Source of the DNA: a virus
Taxonomy: Duplodnaviria; Caudoviricetes
Length of the DNA: 29,059 nucleotides
Reading direction: 5' to 3' (one strand)
Virus record (IMG/VR): IMGVR_UViG_3300030372_001671
Location: 1-29,059 of that record
In this document: positions 1 through 8,581 of the stretch, in pieces
Layout of the letters: every line of letters begins with the position of its first letter
Position numbering within the stretch: the first letter of the stretch is position 1
Translations under genes and position numbers: made by a program
Notes under the pieces: model-generated
Told to the model about the DNA's origin: nothing
What the model saw: the letters and a program-made list of their open reading frames with translations, nothing else
The model's database searches: none

Positions 1-198
1 AATCTATCTCATGGTCCTAATGCATGGAATGAAGTGCTTAGAATACAAGCACAGATAAGAAAGAAAAAGAAAGAAGCTCTGGAAGAAGCTAAAAGAAAAC
101 AAGCACAAATGATAGAGAATATTATTCTTGGAGTTCTTCTGATATTTTTTCTTGGTGCTGTTGGCTTTGTTCTGTATTTAATTTTAATTGTAAAGTAA
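1..198 (+). CDS. 3' end of a gene (partial) with a C-terminal transmembrane helix; last gene of the opposite arm
   Basis: Frame 1 is open from base 1 to TAA at 196-198: NLSHGPNAWNEVLRIQAQIRKKKKEALEEAKRKQAQMIENIILGVLLIFFLGAVGFVLYLILIVK*. Not in the ORF track. Confidence 0.75.
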   Translation, partial: NLSHGPNAWNEVLRIQAQIRKKKKEALEEAKRKQAQMIENIILGVLLIFFLGAVGFVLYLILIVK

Positions 199-610
199 AA
201 TCACATTTACTAAGTATACTTTCTACTTTCTTTTTACCTAATATATTAAGTGAATTAATTATATTTTTTTCTAATCCTTCAGGAGAAGTATCCACTTCTT
301 TATCACTCTTTGCTCCTCTTATCTTAGATAATAATTCTAAAGCTTTAATAGCACTATTAGTATGTCCATTAGTTTTTGCAAACTCATATTGTCTTTCTAT
401 CTCAGTAATAACATCAACATTAGTTTCAAGATTATCTTCTAATTCTTTTATTCTATCTTTTATCTCAGGTAAGTTTTTTAATCTAAATCCTGTATTAGCT
501 AATGCATGAGAAGAGTTTGCTGTATATCCTGCATATCTAGCTGCTTCTGTAGCATTGTTATGAATAACCATACCTTGTGCAAACTTCTCATACTTTTCTT
601 TTAATGCCAT
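122..610 (-). CDS. terS: Terminase small subunit-like protein (Terminase_2-type HTH)
   Basis: N-terminal pattern FAQGMV..NNATEAARYAGY...ANTGFRLKNLPEIKDRIKEL and later AIKALELLSK, typical of TerS. Confidence 0.7.
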   Translation of the reverse strand: MALKEKYEKFAQGMVIHNNATEAARYAGYTANSSHALANTGFRLKNLPEIKDRIKELEDNLETNVDVITEIERQYEFAKTNGHTNSAIKALELLSKIRGAKSDKEVDTSPEGLEKNIINSLNILGKKKVESILSKCDFTLQLKLNTEQSQQHQEKISEELQE

Positions 611-688
611 TTAACCACCTACAATCCAATGAAAACCACCTGCAACTAAACCAGTTATAACTGCATAAATAAATAATTCTATATACAT
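611..688 (-). CDS. 25-aa hydrophobic peptide
   Basis: MYIELFIYAVITGLVAGGFHWIVGG*; AAGGAG upstream; its stop abuts the terS ATG. Confidence 0.6.
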   Translation of the reverse strand: MYIELFIYAVITGLVAGGFHWIVGG

Positions 689-732
689 AGCTTCTATACT
701 CCTTATTTTATAATAAATATATTTTAAAAAAT

Positions 733-936
733 TCATCTGTATATCCTTACATTAGGGTTATTAGCATCTACCTCTATAGGTTTACATATAGCTTTATATC
801 TAGCACCACCAGGTACAGCAGGTTGTCTCATTAATGTTTTTGCAAAATATTTACATCTATTAATATCTGCAAAAATCATGTTACTTTCTTGCTGTGCTTG
901 TCCAAGATAGATAACTAATAAAAATACTGTTGTCAC
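733..936 (-). CDS. Small hypothetical protein with hydrophobic N-terminus and two Cys
   Basis: ORF track; start overlaps the holin stop (GTGA). Confidence 0.7.
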   Translation of the reverse strand: MTTVFLLVIYLGQAQQESNMIFADINRCKYFAKTLMRQPAVPGGARYKAICKPIEVDANNPNVRIYR

Positions 937-1340
937 TTTAAATTATCTCTTGCTACATTTTTTGATTTTTCAAAAGACCTCATTGCTCCTAATCCTAATA
1001 AAGACATTACTAATGTAATTAATCCCTCTACTTCTAGCTGTGGTGGCACTACATCAGGCATCCATATACCTGTAGCCCATGTTAAAATTGGACCTATGAA
1101 GAACTGCCATAGTAGTCCTAGGCAACAGACCCACATTATTGCAGGACGTGCTCCTGAAACAAATAAACTAGGATGTTTAGCTTGTTCTTTGTTTACTTCT
1201 ATTTGTGATTTAGCTAATTCTTGTGCATGTTTCTCTGCCATAGTAGACAGGTCATGAGCAAGTTGCATTTGCTTATCTTTATCTTTTATAAACTTGCCAA
1301 GTAATTTACTAGCAGGTCCTATTAAAGCTGTTAAAGCCAT
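933..1340 (-). CDS. Holin of 3TM family (GTA_holin_3TM-like)
   Basis: SQIEVNKEQAKHPSLFVSGARPAIMW...SLLGLGAMRSFEK signature of this family. Confidence 0.85.
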   Translation of the reverse strand: MALTALIGPASKLLGKFIKDKDKQMQLAHDLSTMAEKHAQELAKSQIEVNKEQAKHPSLFVSGARPAIMWVCCLGLLWQFFIGPILTWATGIWMPDVVPPQLEVEGLITLVMSLLGLGAMRSFEKSKNVARDNLK

Positions 1341-1951
1341 TATTCTTCCTCCTTTTTTATACAGTCAACATGAGTATAATCTTTACCCACACAAACCATA
1401 TATATTTTTAAATGTTTAAAATTATTCCAAATATTTTTTACTTTAGCTGACCACCAATGACCATTAAACACAGACACATGTACATTCTTTCCTTTAAATT
1501 TACCTTCTTTAAAATGTTTAAGTGCAGGTTGACAAGATATATTTAAGAATACTGTTTTTTTACTATGAGATAATATCTCTGTTAATACCCAATCTATATC
1601 TTGTTCTGCTATATGCTCCATAACATCTGTGCATATAACAATATCATATTTTTTATTAGGTAATTTATTATATTTAGGATAAGCAGGGTCATATAAATCA
1701 AATGAATCTAAGTTACATAATTCTTGAATAGGTTTTCTTATTCCTAATTCTTTACATTTTCTTTTCATGTAAGGAACTGCTTTACCACAACCATAATCTA
1801 ATAATGTTTTACATTTATTTTCTTTTACAATATTCATTAATGTAGGAACAAGAGGTATTAAACTTATACCTCTAAATTTACCTTCTTCTTTATGTAATTT
1901 TTTATAAGAGTCTAGTAGTTCATAATAATCTTCTGATGGTTTTAACATCAT
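1340..1951 (-). CDS. Class I SAM-dependent methyltransferase
   Basis: Motif I LLDYGCGK, then YDPA and YDIVICTDVMEHI. Confidence 0.85.
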   Translation of the reverse strand: MMLKPSEDYYELLDSYKKLHKEEGKFRGISLIPLVPTLMNIVKENKCKTLLDYGCGKAVPYMKRKCKELGIRKPIQELCNLDSFDLYDPAYPKYNKLPNKKYDIVICTDVMEHIAEQDIDWVLTEILSHSKKTVFLNISCQPALKHFKEGKFKGKNVHVSVFNGHWWSAKVKNIWNNFKHLKIYMVCVGKDYTHVDCIKKEEE

Positions 1952-4248
1952 ACTAAGTCTCCTTTAAAAGATTGTTGCTTTTGTGTATATCTAGCAGATA
2001 ACTGCCATAATGCAGACACTAATGTATTTTCACCATGAAAATTAATATCCATCTCCATAGGTGATTCGTTAAAATACTTTTCACAATCTTGTGCTAAAGC
2101 AAGTAACTCACCTGTTGTCCAAAACTCTTGTTTATTAACAGATACCTTAAAGTATTTAGGTCTAGGTTGTTCATCTTCTGCACCTGTAGTTTCTTTCTTT
2201 TGTTCTTCACTAGGTTCTTCCATGTTAGAATCAAAACCAAATAAATCAAAGAAACGAAAACCCATAGTATGCATAATACCTATAGCTCTCATAGCTGCAC
2301 AAGTACCACCTGTTATTAATGTAGTGCCTTCTGGTAAACCTAAATCTTTATTTAAGGTAACTTGATTATTTTGTATACCTTTTTTTTGTTCTTCAGGGTC
2401 ACGTAATGATTCTGTAAATGCGTGCCATCCCCATATATTTGCTTTCTTTTCTATTAAATAATCAGTAACAGAAGGGTCAGTCATAGAAGCAACAAAGAAT
2501 TTTGTACTAGGGTCTATAGTTTTAAATAAATCTTTTCTTATTATACCATGTGTACTTTTACCTGTAATAGGTCTAGGGTCTAATACAACACATGCCCAAG
2601 GTTTAATACCATGCTTTAATAATCTAGGATAAGAATGTTTAACAGTAACAACTTTACTATTAGGATTATCTTTAATTAATTTTTTTAATTTATCAAAATT
2701 AATATAAGGTCCACCTGATACTAATATACATTTGTAATCATGTAAAGGAAACTTACCTAACCACTTATTAATCTTTTTAAAATTAGTTCTTATATTACCT
2801 CTAATATAATCTTTAGGTACACAATCTCTAGGATTAACTTTAATAGGTACACTAAATAAATGTTTAGGAGGAGAAGTTAACTTATCATTGTGTAATATAA
2901 ATAATAAATGTGTATGTCCACCTTCTCTTACTTTATCTTCACTAGGTAATATATTATTCTTTATTTTTTTACCTAACATTTCTTTAACTTTATTTGTACC
3001 TTTATATTTATCTTCTACTTCATTACCATCTGTATCTTTAGAAAAGTAATTATCCATAACAACTACAGGTACATGTTTTAAACAATCATAATCACTTTGT
3101 TTTGTCTGTATACTATCACCACCACCTATAAAAGCATAGTCTATAGTAGGTAAAAATTCAAATAAATTTTCAGCTTTTAATGTTTCTCTACTATTACCTT
3201 TAGTTAAAACATAATTAAATGTTTTATTTTTTTCTTTCATTTTAACTTTAAATTCTTGTAATCTTTTCTCTACAGCTTCTAAAGTATTATGAGCTTTAAC
3301 ATTAAACTCTTCTTTATCTGTTTCTATTGTAGCATCTTCAAACAAATCAAAACCATAATACTCTAATGTATCTGTGTTTTCAAATGCAGCTAATGCCATC
3401 TCAATAGCACGACCACCATTCCATGTACCAACTTCTAATATAGTTTTAGGTTTAAAATGTCTAATTAACTCAGCATTTTTTTGATACCTTGAAGGTAATA
3501 TATCTTGTGATACTGTATCTTTAGATAATTCAAATACACGATTACCTTTTGCATCTCTTAAAGGTATTATATTAGAATTAGAAACACCTTTTAAATGCAC
3601 TAAATATTCTGACATTTGTTCTTCAATACTATGTATTTTTAAACCATGTGCTTTATATAAATTTAATAGCCTTTGAATAACAAAACCATCATGCCATTCT
3701 CTATAGCTAGTAAGTTCATCATTCATATATATTCTACGCAAATCCCATAATAAATCTAATGGTGGTTTTTTATTTAAATTAAATGCCATAAAAGACATAT
3801 CTTCACCATGTACAATATCAACATTATCAGGTAGCATAGATAACATTTCTTTATAAGTTAATCTTTTATTTGTGTAAGAATCAATATCAACCCATATTAA
3901 CCAACCTGCTTCTTTATTATTATCAGTTAAAGTAAAAGCATAATCTGTTAGTGCAAACATTTTGTGACACCATTTAATAGCATCAAGTTTTATATTGTAA
4001 GGTATCTGTCCATCTTCAGTACCATTATGTTTAGCATTATCTTCTAAAAACTTTACATATTTTTTATTATCTTTTAAATTAGAATACTCAATGTTTTTAT
4101 TTAATGAATATTTAGAAAAAGGAAAGTTATGATAGTAAGCTTTTATTTTTAAACTAGGTTCCCAATTTTCTTGTATAGATTTAAAAAATACATTACCAAA
4201 TCTGTTATATAAATCTTCATTAAAAGAGGTAACAAAATTTATTTTCAT
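1948..4248 (-). CDS. Three-domain protein: GT-A-like glycosyltransferase, class I methyltransferase, and Maf/DUF115 (MptE-like) domain
   Basis: N-terminal WLIWVDID (DxD); middle ILEVGTWNGG and YYGFDLFE; C-terminal ILVSGGP, GIKPWACVVLDPR, GGTCAAMRAIG..MGFR.FDLFGFD. Confidence 0.7.
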   Translation of the reverse strand: MKINFVTSFNEDLYNRFGNVFFKSIQENWEPSLKIKAYYHNFPFSKYSLNKNIEYSNLKDNKKYVKFLEDNAKHNGTEDGQIPYNIKLDAIKWCHKMFALTDYAFTLTDNNKEAGWLIWVDIDSYTNKRLTYKEMLSMLPDNVDIVHGEDMSFMAFNLNKKPPLDLLWDLRRIYMNDELTSYREWHDGFVIQRLLNLYKAHGLKIHSIEEQMSEYLVHLKGVSNSNIIPLRDAKGNRVFELSKDTVSQDILPSRYQKNAELIRHFKPKTILEVGTWNGGRAIEMALAAFENTDTLEYYGFDLFEDATIETDKEEFNVKAHNTLEAVEKRLQEFKVKMKEKNKTFNYVLTKGNSRETLKAENLFEFLPTIDYAFIGGGDSIQTKQSDYDCLKHVPVVVMDNYFSKDTDGNEVEDKYKGTNKVKEMLGKKIKNNILPSEDKVREGGHTHLLFILHNDKLTSPPKHLFSVPIKVNPRDCVPKDYIRGNIRTNFKKINKWLGKFPLHDYKCILVSGGPYINFDKLKKLIKDNPNSKVVTVKHSYPRLLKHGIKPWACVVLDPRPITGKSTHGIIRKDLFKTIDPSTKFFVASMTDPSVTDYLIEKKANIWGWHAFTESLRDPEEQKKGIQNNQVTLNKDLGLPEGTTLITGGTCAAMRAIGIMHTMGFRFFDLFGFDSNMEEPSEEQKKETTGAEDEQPRPKYFKVSVNKQEFWTTGELLALAQDCEKYFNESPMEMDINFHGENTLVSALWQLSARYTQKQQSFKGDLV

Positions 4249-5033
4249 ATCATGTAATCCTTATTAGCATCTAGTATACCTTGCATCTGTAACCATTGAG
4301 CATCATTACTCCATTCAATAGCATACTGTGCATCTTTGTCTCTTTTAGTTCCCCAATTTTTAAACCAAGGTCCACCTGTTGTAAAGTGTACATTCTTTGC
4401 ATCTATATCTGTAGATGAATGATTGTCTAACCAATTCCACTCTTCTGGTATTGTACCTATATCTGCTTCTTTATCTGGTAACCATTGAAATGTATGTAAC
4501 CATCTGCCTGACCTAGTATTTACTTCTTGTGGTGTAAGTTTTTGATTTACTTCATGACCACAATTAAACATAATTAAACTAGACCAATTTTTTCTAGGAT
4601 AAGCATGTTGTTCTTTACCATCCATTTTCTTTTTATCTTTAGGTTCATACTTATGTTTAACTACATGTATAGGATAATAATTATTATTACATATTTCAAA
4701 TAACTCTGATACATCTGCTCTAATATACATATCAGAATCCATATACAAAGCTAATCCTTCATACATATTTAAAGCAGGTATTAAAAATCTACTAAAACTA
4801 AATTGTGTAGAAAAAGGTTTACCATCTATTTCATCATAGTCTTGTCCACTAATTGTATTATGTTTTCTAGTATAGACACCTATCTTAGTAAGTATATCTC
4901 TTCGTAAAGGTATAACACGTACAGCTTTAGTAGATATTCTTTCTAATGAAAATTTTAATACCTCATAAGCAGTATGTTCTTTAGGGTCATACCCTATGTA
5001 AACTGTGTTTACCATTTGTTTCTTTAATAGCAT
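4245..5033 (-). CDS. GT-A fold glycosyltransferase (GT8/CDI-like)
   Basis: VYIGYDPKE, STQFSFSRFLIP, LYMDSD (DxD), YPRKNWSS, HFTTGGPWF. Start moved from 5066 to 5033 because AAGGA lies 7 nt upstream. Confidence 0.85.
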   Translation of the reverse strand: MLLKKQMVNTVYIGYDPKEHTAYEVLKFSLERISTKAVRVIPLRRDILTKIGVYTRKHNTISGQDYDEIDGKPFSTQFSFSRFLIPALNMYEGLALYMDSDMYIRADVSELFEICNNNYYPIHVVKHKYEPKDKKKMDGKEQHAYPRKNWSSLIMFNCGHEVNQKLTPQEVNTRSGRWLHTFQWLPDKEADIGTIPEEWNWLDNHSSTDIDAKNVHFTTGGPWFKNWGTKRDKDAQYAIEWSNDAQWLQMQGILDANKDYMI

Positions 5034-5043
5034 ATGCATTTCC

Positions 5044-5289
5044 TTAAAATTTATATTCTTGGTCAATAAACCAAGTACCTGCTTCTACTCCACGACCTGT
5101 TCTTTTTCTTTCATAAGCAAACTTTAATTTACTTTGATAAAAATTTTTTGTAGCATAAGCTCTAAACTTTGAACCATCATGTTCATTATCTAAATCATGA
5201 TAGTATCTATAACCTAGTGAATCCAAAATATTATCTCCTGAATAACTAACAGTAGTAAAAAAAAATAATAATACTAATAACTTTTTCAT
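5044..5289 (-). CDS. Small secreted protein with signal peptide and C-terminal beta-signal-like end (..EYKF)
   Basis: MKKLLVLLFFFTTVSYS signal peptide; GAGGA before the ATG at 5289; terminal Phe. Confidence 0.7.
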   Translation of the reverse strand: MKKLLVLLFFFTTVSYSGDNILDSLGYRYYHDLDNEHDGSKFRAYATKNFYQSKLKFAYERKRTGRGVEAGTWFIDQEYKF

Positions 5290-5299
5290 ATATTTCCTC

Positions 5300-5330
5300 A
5301 AAAAAAATGGGGGTATATTTCAACCCCCTA
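5300..5330 (-). terminator. Rho-independent terminator after hsp20
   Basis: Minus strand GGGGGT-tgaaatat-ACCCCC-A followed by a T run. Confidence 0.75.
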
Positions 5331-5340
5331 ATTTATAAAC

Positions 5341-5742
5341 TTAATTAATCTTAATCTTCTTAGGTTTTTGTTCTTCAGGTACAATCTGTTTAAGAGTTAT
5401 TCTTAATATACCTTCGTTGAATGTAACGTCTTCAACGTTTAACGTATCGTGTAGAACAAAGTCCCTAGTAAAAGACCTTTTAGCTATACCCTTATGTAAG
5501 TATTCACTCTCTTCTGCTCTTACATAATCACCTTCTATAGTTAAATGATTTTCTTTTACAACTATATTCAAATCATCTTTTTTAAATCCTGACAGAGCAA
5601 ACTCAATCAGAAAAGTTTCTTCATCTTCTTTTATAATATCATAAGGTGGATAGTTTGTATCTGTCCCTCTTATGTTGTTCATTACATCAAACAATCTATC
5701 AAAGCCAATAGCTTGTCTTGCAAATGTATCTACTTCAAACAT
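5341..5742 (-). CDS. hsp20: Small heat-shock protein Hsp20 (IbpA-like)
   Basis: IGFDRLFD..NYPPYDI..IEFALSGF..YLHKGIAKRSFTR..GILRITL..VPEEQKPKKI. Confidence 0.95.
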   Translation of the reverse strand: MFEVDTFARQAIGFDRLFDVMNNIRGTDTNYPPYDIIKEDEETFLIEFALSGFKKDDLNIVVKENHLTIEGDYVRAEESEYLHKGIAKRSFTRDFVLHDTLNVEDVTFNEGILRITLKQIVPEEQKPKKIKIN

Positions 5743-5797
5743 ATATTTATCTCCTTATTAAGCAAGTTAAAAAACGAGTCCATTTCTGGCACTCATG
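5743..5797 (-). promoter_or_regulatory. ROSE-like RNA thermometer in the hsp20 5' UTR
   Basis: Hairpin GAGUGCCA-GAAA-UGGACUC, then CUUGCUU-AAU-AAGGAG in which U(U/C)GCU pairs with the SD and a G is bulged. Confidence 0.7.
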
Positions 5798-5802
5798 ATG
5801 TA

Positions 5803-5831
5803 ATTATACACCACCTAATTTTAAAAGTCAA
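5803..5831 (-). promoter_or_regulatory. sigma70-type promoter for hsp20
   Basis: TTGACT-17 nt-TATAAT. Confidence 0.8.
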
Positions 5832-5838
5832 GAACTTT

Positions 5839-5961
5839 TTATATATTTAATAAACCAAATGTATTTAATATAGCCATAAGTATTACATATAGCATCCATA
5901 ATCCTACACAAATAGCCATACCATTAACTATTAATTTACATATTATATCTAGTAGTGTCAT
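5839..5961 (-). CDS. 40-aa hydrophobic membrane peptide
   Basis: MTLLDIICKLIVNGMAICVGLWMLYVILMAILNTFGLLNI*; ATG immediately follows the DUF59 stop. Confidence 0.55.
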   Translation of the reverse strand: MTLLDIICKLIVNGMAICVGLWMLYVILMAILNTFGLLNI

Positions 5962-6273
5962 TTATATTAATCCTAATTCTAGTTTACCACTCTCTGAAAT
6001 CATATCTTGTGTCCAAGGTGGGTCCCAAGTAATACCAACTCTGACTATATTAACCTCTTCTAACTTTGCCACTTCATCTTCTATTTGCTTTGGTAAATCT
6101 TGAGCAACTGGACAATGTGGTGTAGTAAGAGTCATAAGAATGTCAACATTATTATTTTCTTTTATATCTACATTATATATTAAACCTAAATCATATATAG
6201 AAATAGGTATTTCAGGGTCATATACTTTTTTTAACACGTCTACAATACTTATTTTTAAATCTTCATTATTCAT
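5962..6273 (-). CDS. sufT: DUF59 / SufT-like Fe-S cluster assembly protein
   Basis: VYDPEIPISIYDLGLIY..MTLTTPHCPVA..ITWDPPWT (DPE-T-C motif). Confidence 0.9.
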   Translation of the reverse strand: MNNEDLKISIVDVLKKVYDPEIPISIYDLGLIYNVDIKENNNVDILMTLTTPHCPVAQDLPKQIEDEVAKLEEVNIVRVGITWDPPWTQDMISESGKLELGLI

Positions 6274-8198
6274 TATATATCAACCAATTCACATGAACCT
6301 GCAGTACAAGCTAACTCTTGTGAACCTCTTGTATTATCTTCTGTCTCAAACTTTTGTAATAAAGACCAGTCAATATTTTTAGGCATCTTAGATTCTAATT
6401 CTTTATATTTCATTTCATCTATATCTTGATAAGGTGCTTGTTGATATGTATGGTCTGAGAAAGGTAAGAATGATATACCAGATAGTGTATCAAAATTATC
6501 CCAACACCAGTTACCTACATTAATCCATTCATGTTCCTTAACAGATATAGTTACTGAAGGTTTATGTTCACACCAATGTTGTGCATAACACTTCCATATC
6601 TCTAACTGTTCAATAGCTGTCATAGTATCTCTATATATAGCACCAGGTTCTGTTTTCATAGGAAAAGAAAAGACAGAATTATTAGGTTGCATAACATCAT
6701 CTTCACAAGGTATACCCTGCTCTGCCATAAACTGTGTTAGTGGGTCTTTCTTATCTCCCCTTACTGTTCTAATGTAATATGGATTATGTCTAGCATGAAT
6801 ACCACTAGCACTATCAACTAACTGACTAACTGTACCTGAAGGTTTAACACAAGTAATAGCTGTTGATTGTTGTATTCCTAATTTTTTAGACCACTCTTCA
6901 TTTACTAATACAGCTTTGTATCTCATCTTGCTTAAAAAATCTGGTAAAGGAGTTCTCATTCTAGACAATAAACTATTATCCATAATACCTGTAAGAGACA
7001 CACCTAATAATCTTTCTTCTTCTGTATTTGTTTGCCATCTTTTTCTAAGATAACCAAAGTCTGTTAGTGTTGCTTGTATTGTACCTAGTATAGTAGCTAC
7101 TTCTATCTTATCATGTAACATATCTTCTGTATCTGTAGGTCTTACAACTACCTCTGTAAGATTACAAAATTGATTAGGTCTTAATATAATTTCACTACAA
7201 GGATTAGTACCAAAATCCCAATTACTATTACGTCTACCATTTTCTTTAGCTTTTTCTTGAGCAGACTTTCTATTAAAGATACCACGTTCACCAGATTTAC
7301 TTTCATATAATGCTAACCATTCTTTCATAAAGATACCTGCATCTGGTTTCTCTGTATATGCTACAGAGTTATTAGCTAATGCTCTTTCTGGATTAGTCTC
7401 CCACCAAGCACCAGACTTAGCAACTCTTAATCTCTGGTCTGATAAATTAGACAGAGATATAAGAGCTGACCTACGCACACCACCTACAACTACAACCTCA
7501 CCTGTTTTACAAACTATATCATGGCACTCCATAGAAGATAGTTTTCTACCTTTAGCATTTTTAAACTTCTCAATAGTAAAATCAAAAAGATTAACTAAAG
7601 GTTGAGGACCACTTGCTCTACCACCAAATGTTTTTAATCTCTCACCTGCAGGTCTTATTTTGCTTACATTTATCTTTGGTATTCTACAAGTATAAAGAAA
7701 AGATATTAAATCTTTAAAAGCTCTTGCCCATCCTTCTTTAGAATCAGCAACAGATATAACATCTTCTGTCTTTTCAAACTCTCTATCTGGTATAGTAGGT
7801 AACTTATCTACATACTGTCTTTCAACAGAAAAACCTACACCTGTACCATTCATAAGTATATATAATACTTCATCAAAAGATTTAGGTGTATCAATAGGTA
7901 TATACGAACAGTTATATCCTGCTATGTTTTCTCTTTCTAATGCATTGCCTGCAGTCATTAATGCTCTCATAGAAGGCATAACATTTAATCCTATTATATT
8001 ATCTTCTATTCTTCTCCATACTTCACTATCTAATTTAACACCTAGATTTTTATTTAAATGTATTTGAAAGAAATTAGTTAATCTAGTTACTGTTTCTATC
8101 CATGTTTCTCTTCTACCCTCATCAGGTAGCCAACGTGCATATCTAGATGCATGAATAAACGTCTGATATTCTGTTGGTAAATAGTTATTCCCTGCCAT
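6273..8198 (-). CDS. nrdJ: Class II (adenosylcobalamin-dependent) ribonucleotide reductase
   Basis: MPSMRALM, YNCS, GTGVGFS, GGVRRSA, TNPCSEI, TCVKPSGTVS and C-terminal ACTAGSCE; no NrdB small subunit in the window. Confidence 0.92.
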   Translation of the reverse strand: MAGNNYLPTEYQTFIHASRYARWLPDEGRRETWIETVTRLTNFFQIHLNKNLGVKLDSEVWRRIEDNIIGLNVMPSMRALMTAGNALERENIAGYNCSYIPIDTPKSFDEVLYILMNGTGVGFSVERQYVDKLPTIPDREFEKTEDVISVADSKEGWARAFKDLISFLYTCRIPKINVSKIRPAGERLKTFGGRASGPQPLVNLFDFTIEKFKNAKGRKLSSMECHDIVCKTGEVVVVGGVRRSALISLSNLSDQRLRVAKSGAWWETNPERALANNSVAYTEKPDAGIFMKEWLALYESKSGERGIFNRKSAQEKAKENGRRNSNWDFGTNPCSEIILRPNQFCNLTEVVVRPTDTEDMLHDKIEVATILGTIQATLTDFGYLRKRWQTNTEEERLLGVSLTGIMDNSLLSRMRTPLPDFLSKMRYKAVLVNEEWSKKLGIQQSTAITCVKPSGTVSQLVDSASGIHARHNPYYIRTVRGDKKDPLTQFMAEQGIPCEDDVMQPNNSVFSFPMKTEPGAIYRDTMTAIEQLEIWKCYAQHWCEHKPSVTISVKEHEWINVGNWCWDNFDTLSGISFLPFSDHTYQQAPYQDIDEMKYKELESKMPKNIDWSLLQKFETEDNTRGSQELACTAGSCELVDI

Positions 8199-8481
8199 AA
8201 TCTTTCTCCAATATTAATTCACAATAATGTATTACTTTCTCAATGTCTCTTGCACCTTCACCTTTTCTTCTATGTCTTGTAATATATTTTACTACATTAC
8301 CCTCAAGAAATGTAAGGTTATTTTCTACAATATAATCAACAGGTTGTATCTTACATGTCTTGTAATGGTCACCACCTACCTGTCTATCAGTAGCAATTCT
8401 AGCTTCTTTCTCTAAATTTATTTTCTTAAAACCTTTTTTATCTTTTACTGTTTCTCTAATAGCTTCATCCATTTGTCCCAT
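8185..8481 (-). CDS. DUF3310 (SaV / T7 gp1.7-like) protein
   Basis: QVGGDHYK..IQP..FLEGNVVKYITR..KG..DIEKVIHY. Confidence 0.85.
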   Translation of the reverse strand: MGQMDEAIRETVKDKKGFKKINLEKEARIATDRQVGGDHYKTCKIQPVDYIVENNLTFLEGNVVKYITRHRRKGEGARDIEKVIHYCELILEKDYGRE

Positions 8482-8490
8482 AAACCTCTC

Positions 8491-8580
8491 CTATAATTTT
8501 GTTAAAAAGTATGCTATCAAAACAATAAACATACCTAAAATTATTCCTATAATAAAACATGTTAATAAATTAAATTCCAT
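8491..8580 (-). CDS. 29-aa hydrophobic peptide
   Basis: MEFNLLTCFIIGIILGMFIVLIAYFLTKL*; fills the gap between tightly packed genes. Confidence 0.5.
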   Translation of the reverse strand: MEFNLLTCFIIGIILGMFIVLIAYFLTKL

Positions 8581-8581
8581 A

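Noticed and set aside
5786-5812. CIRCE element before hsp20
   Set aside because: Only a TGGCACTC half site; no second arm at 9-nt spacing.
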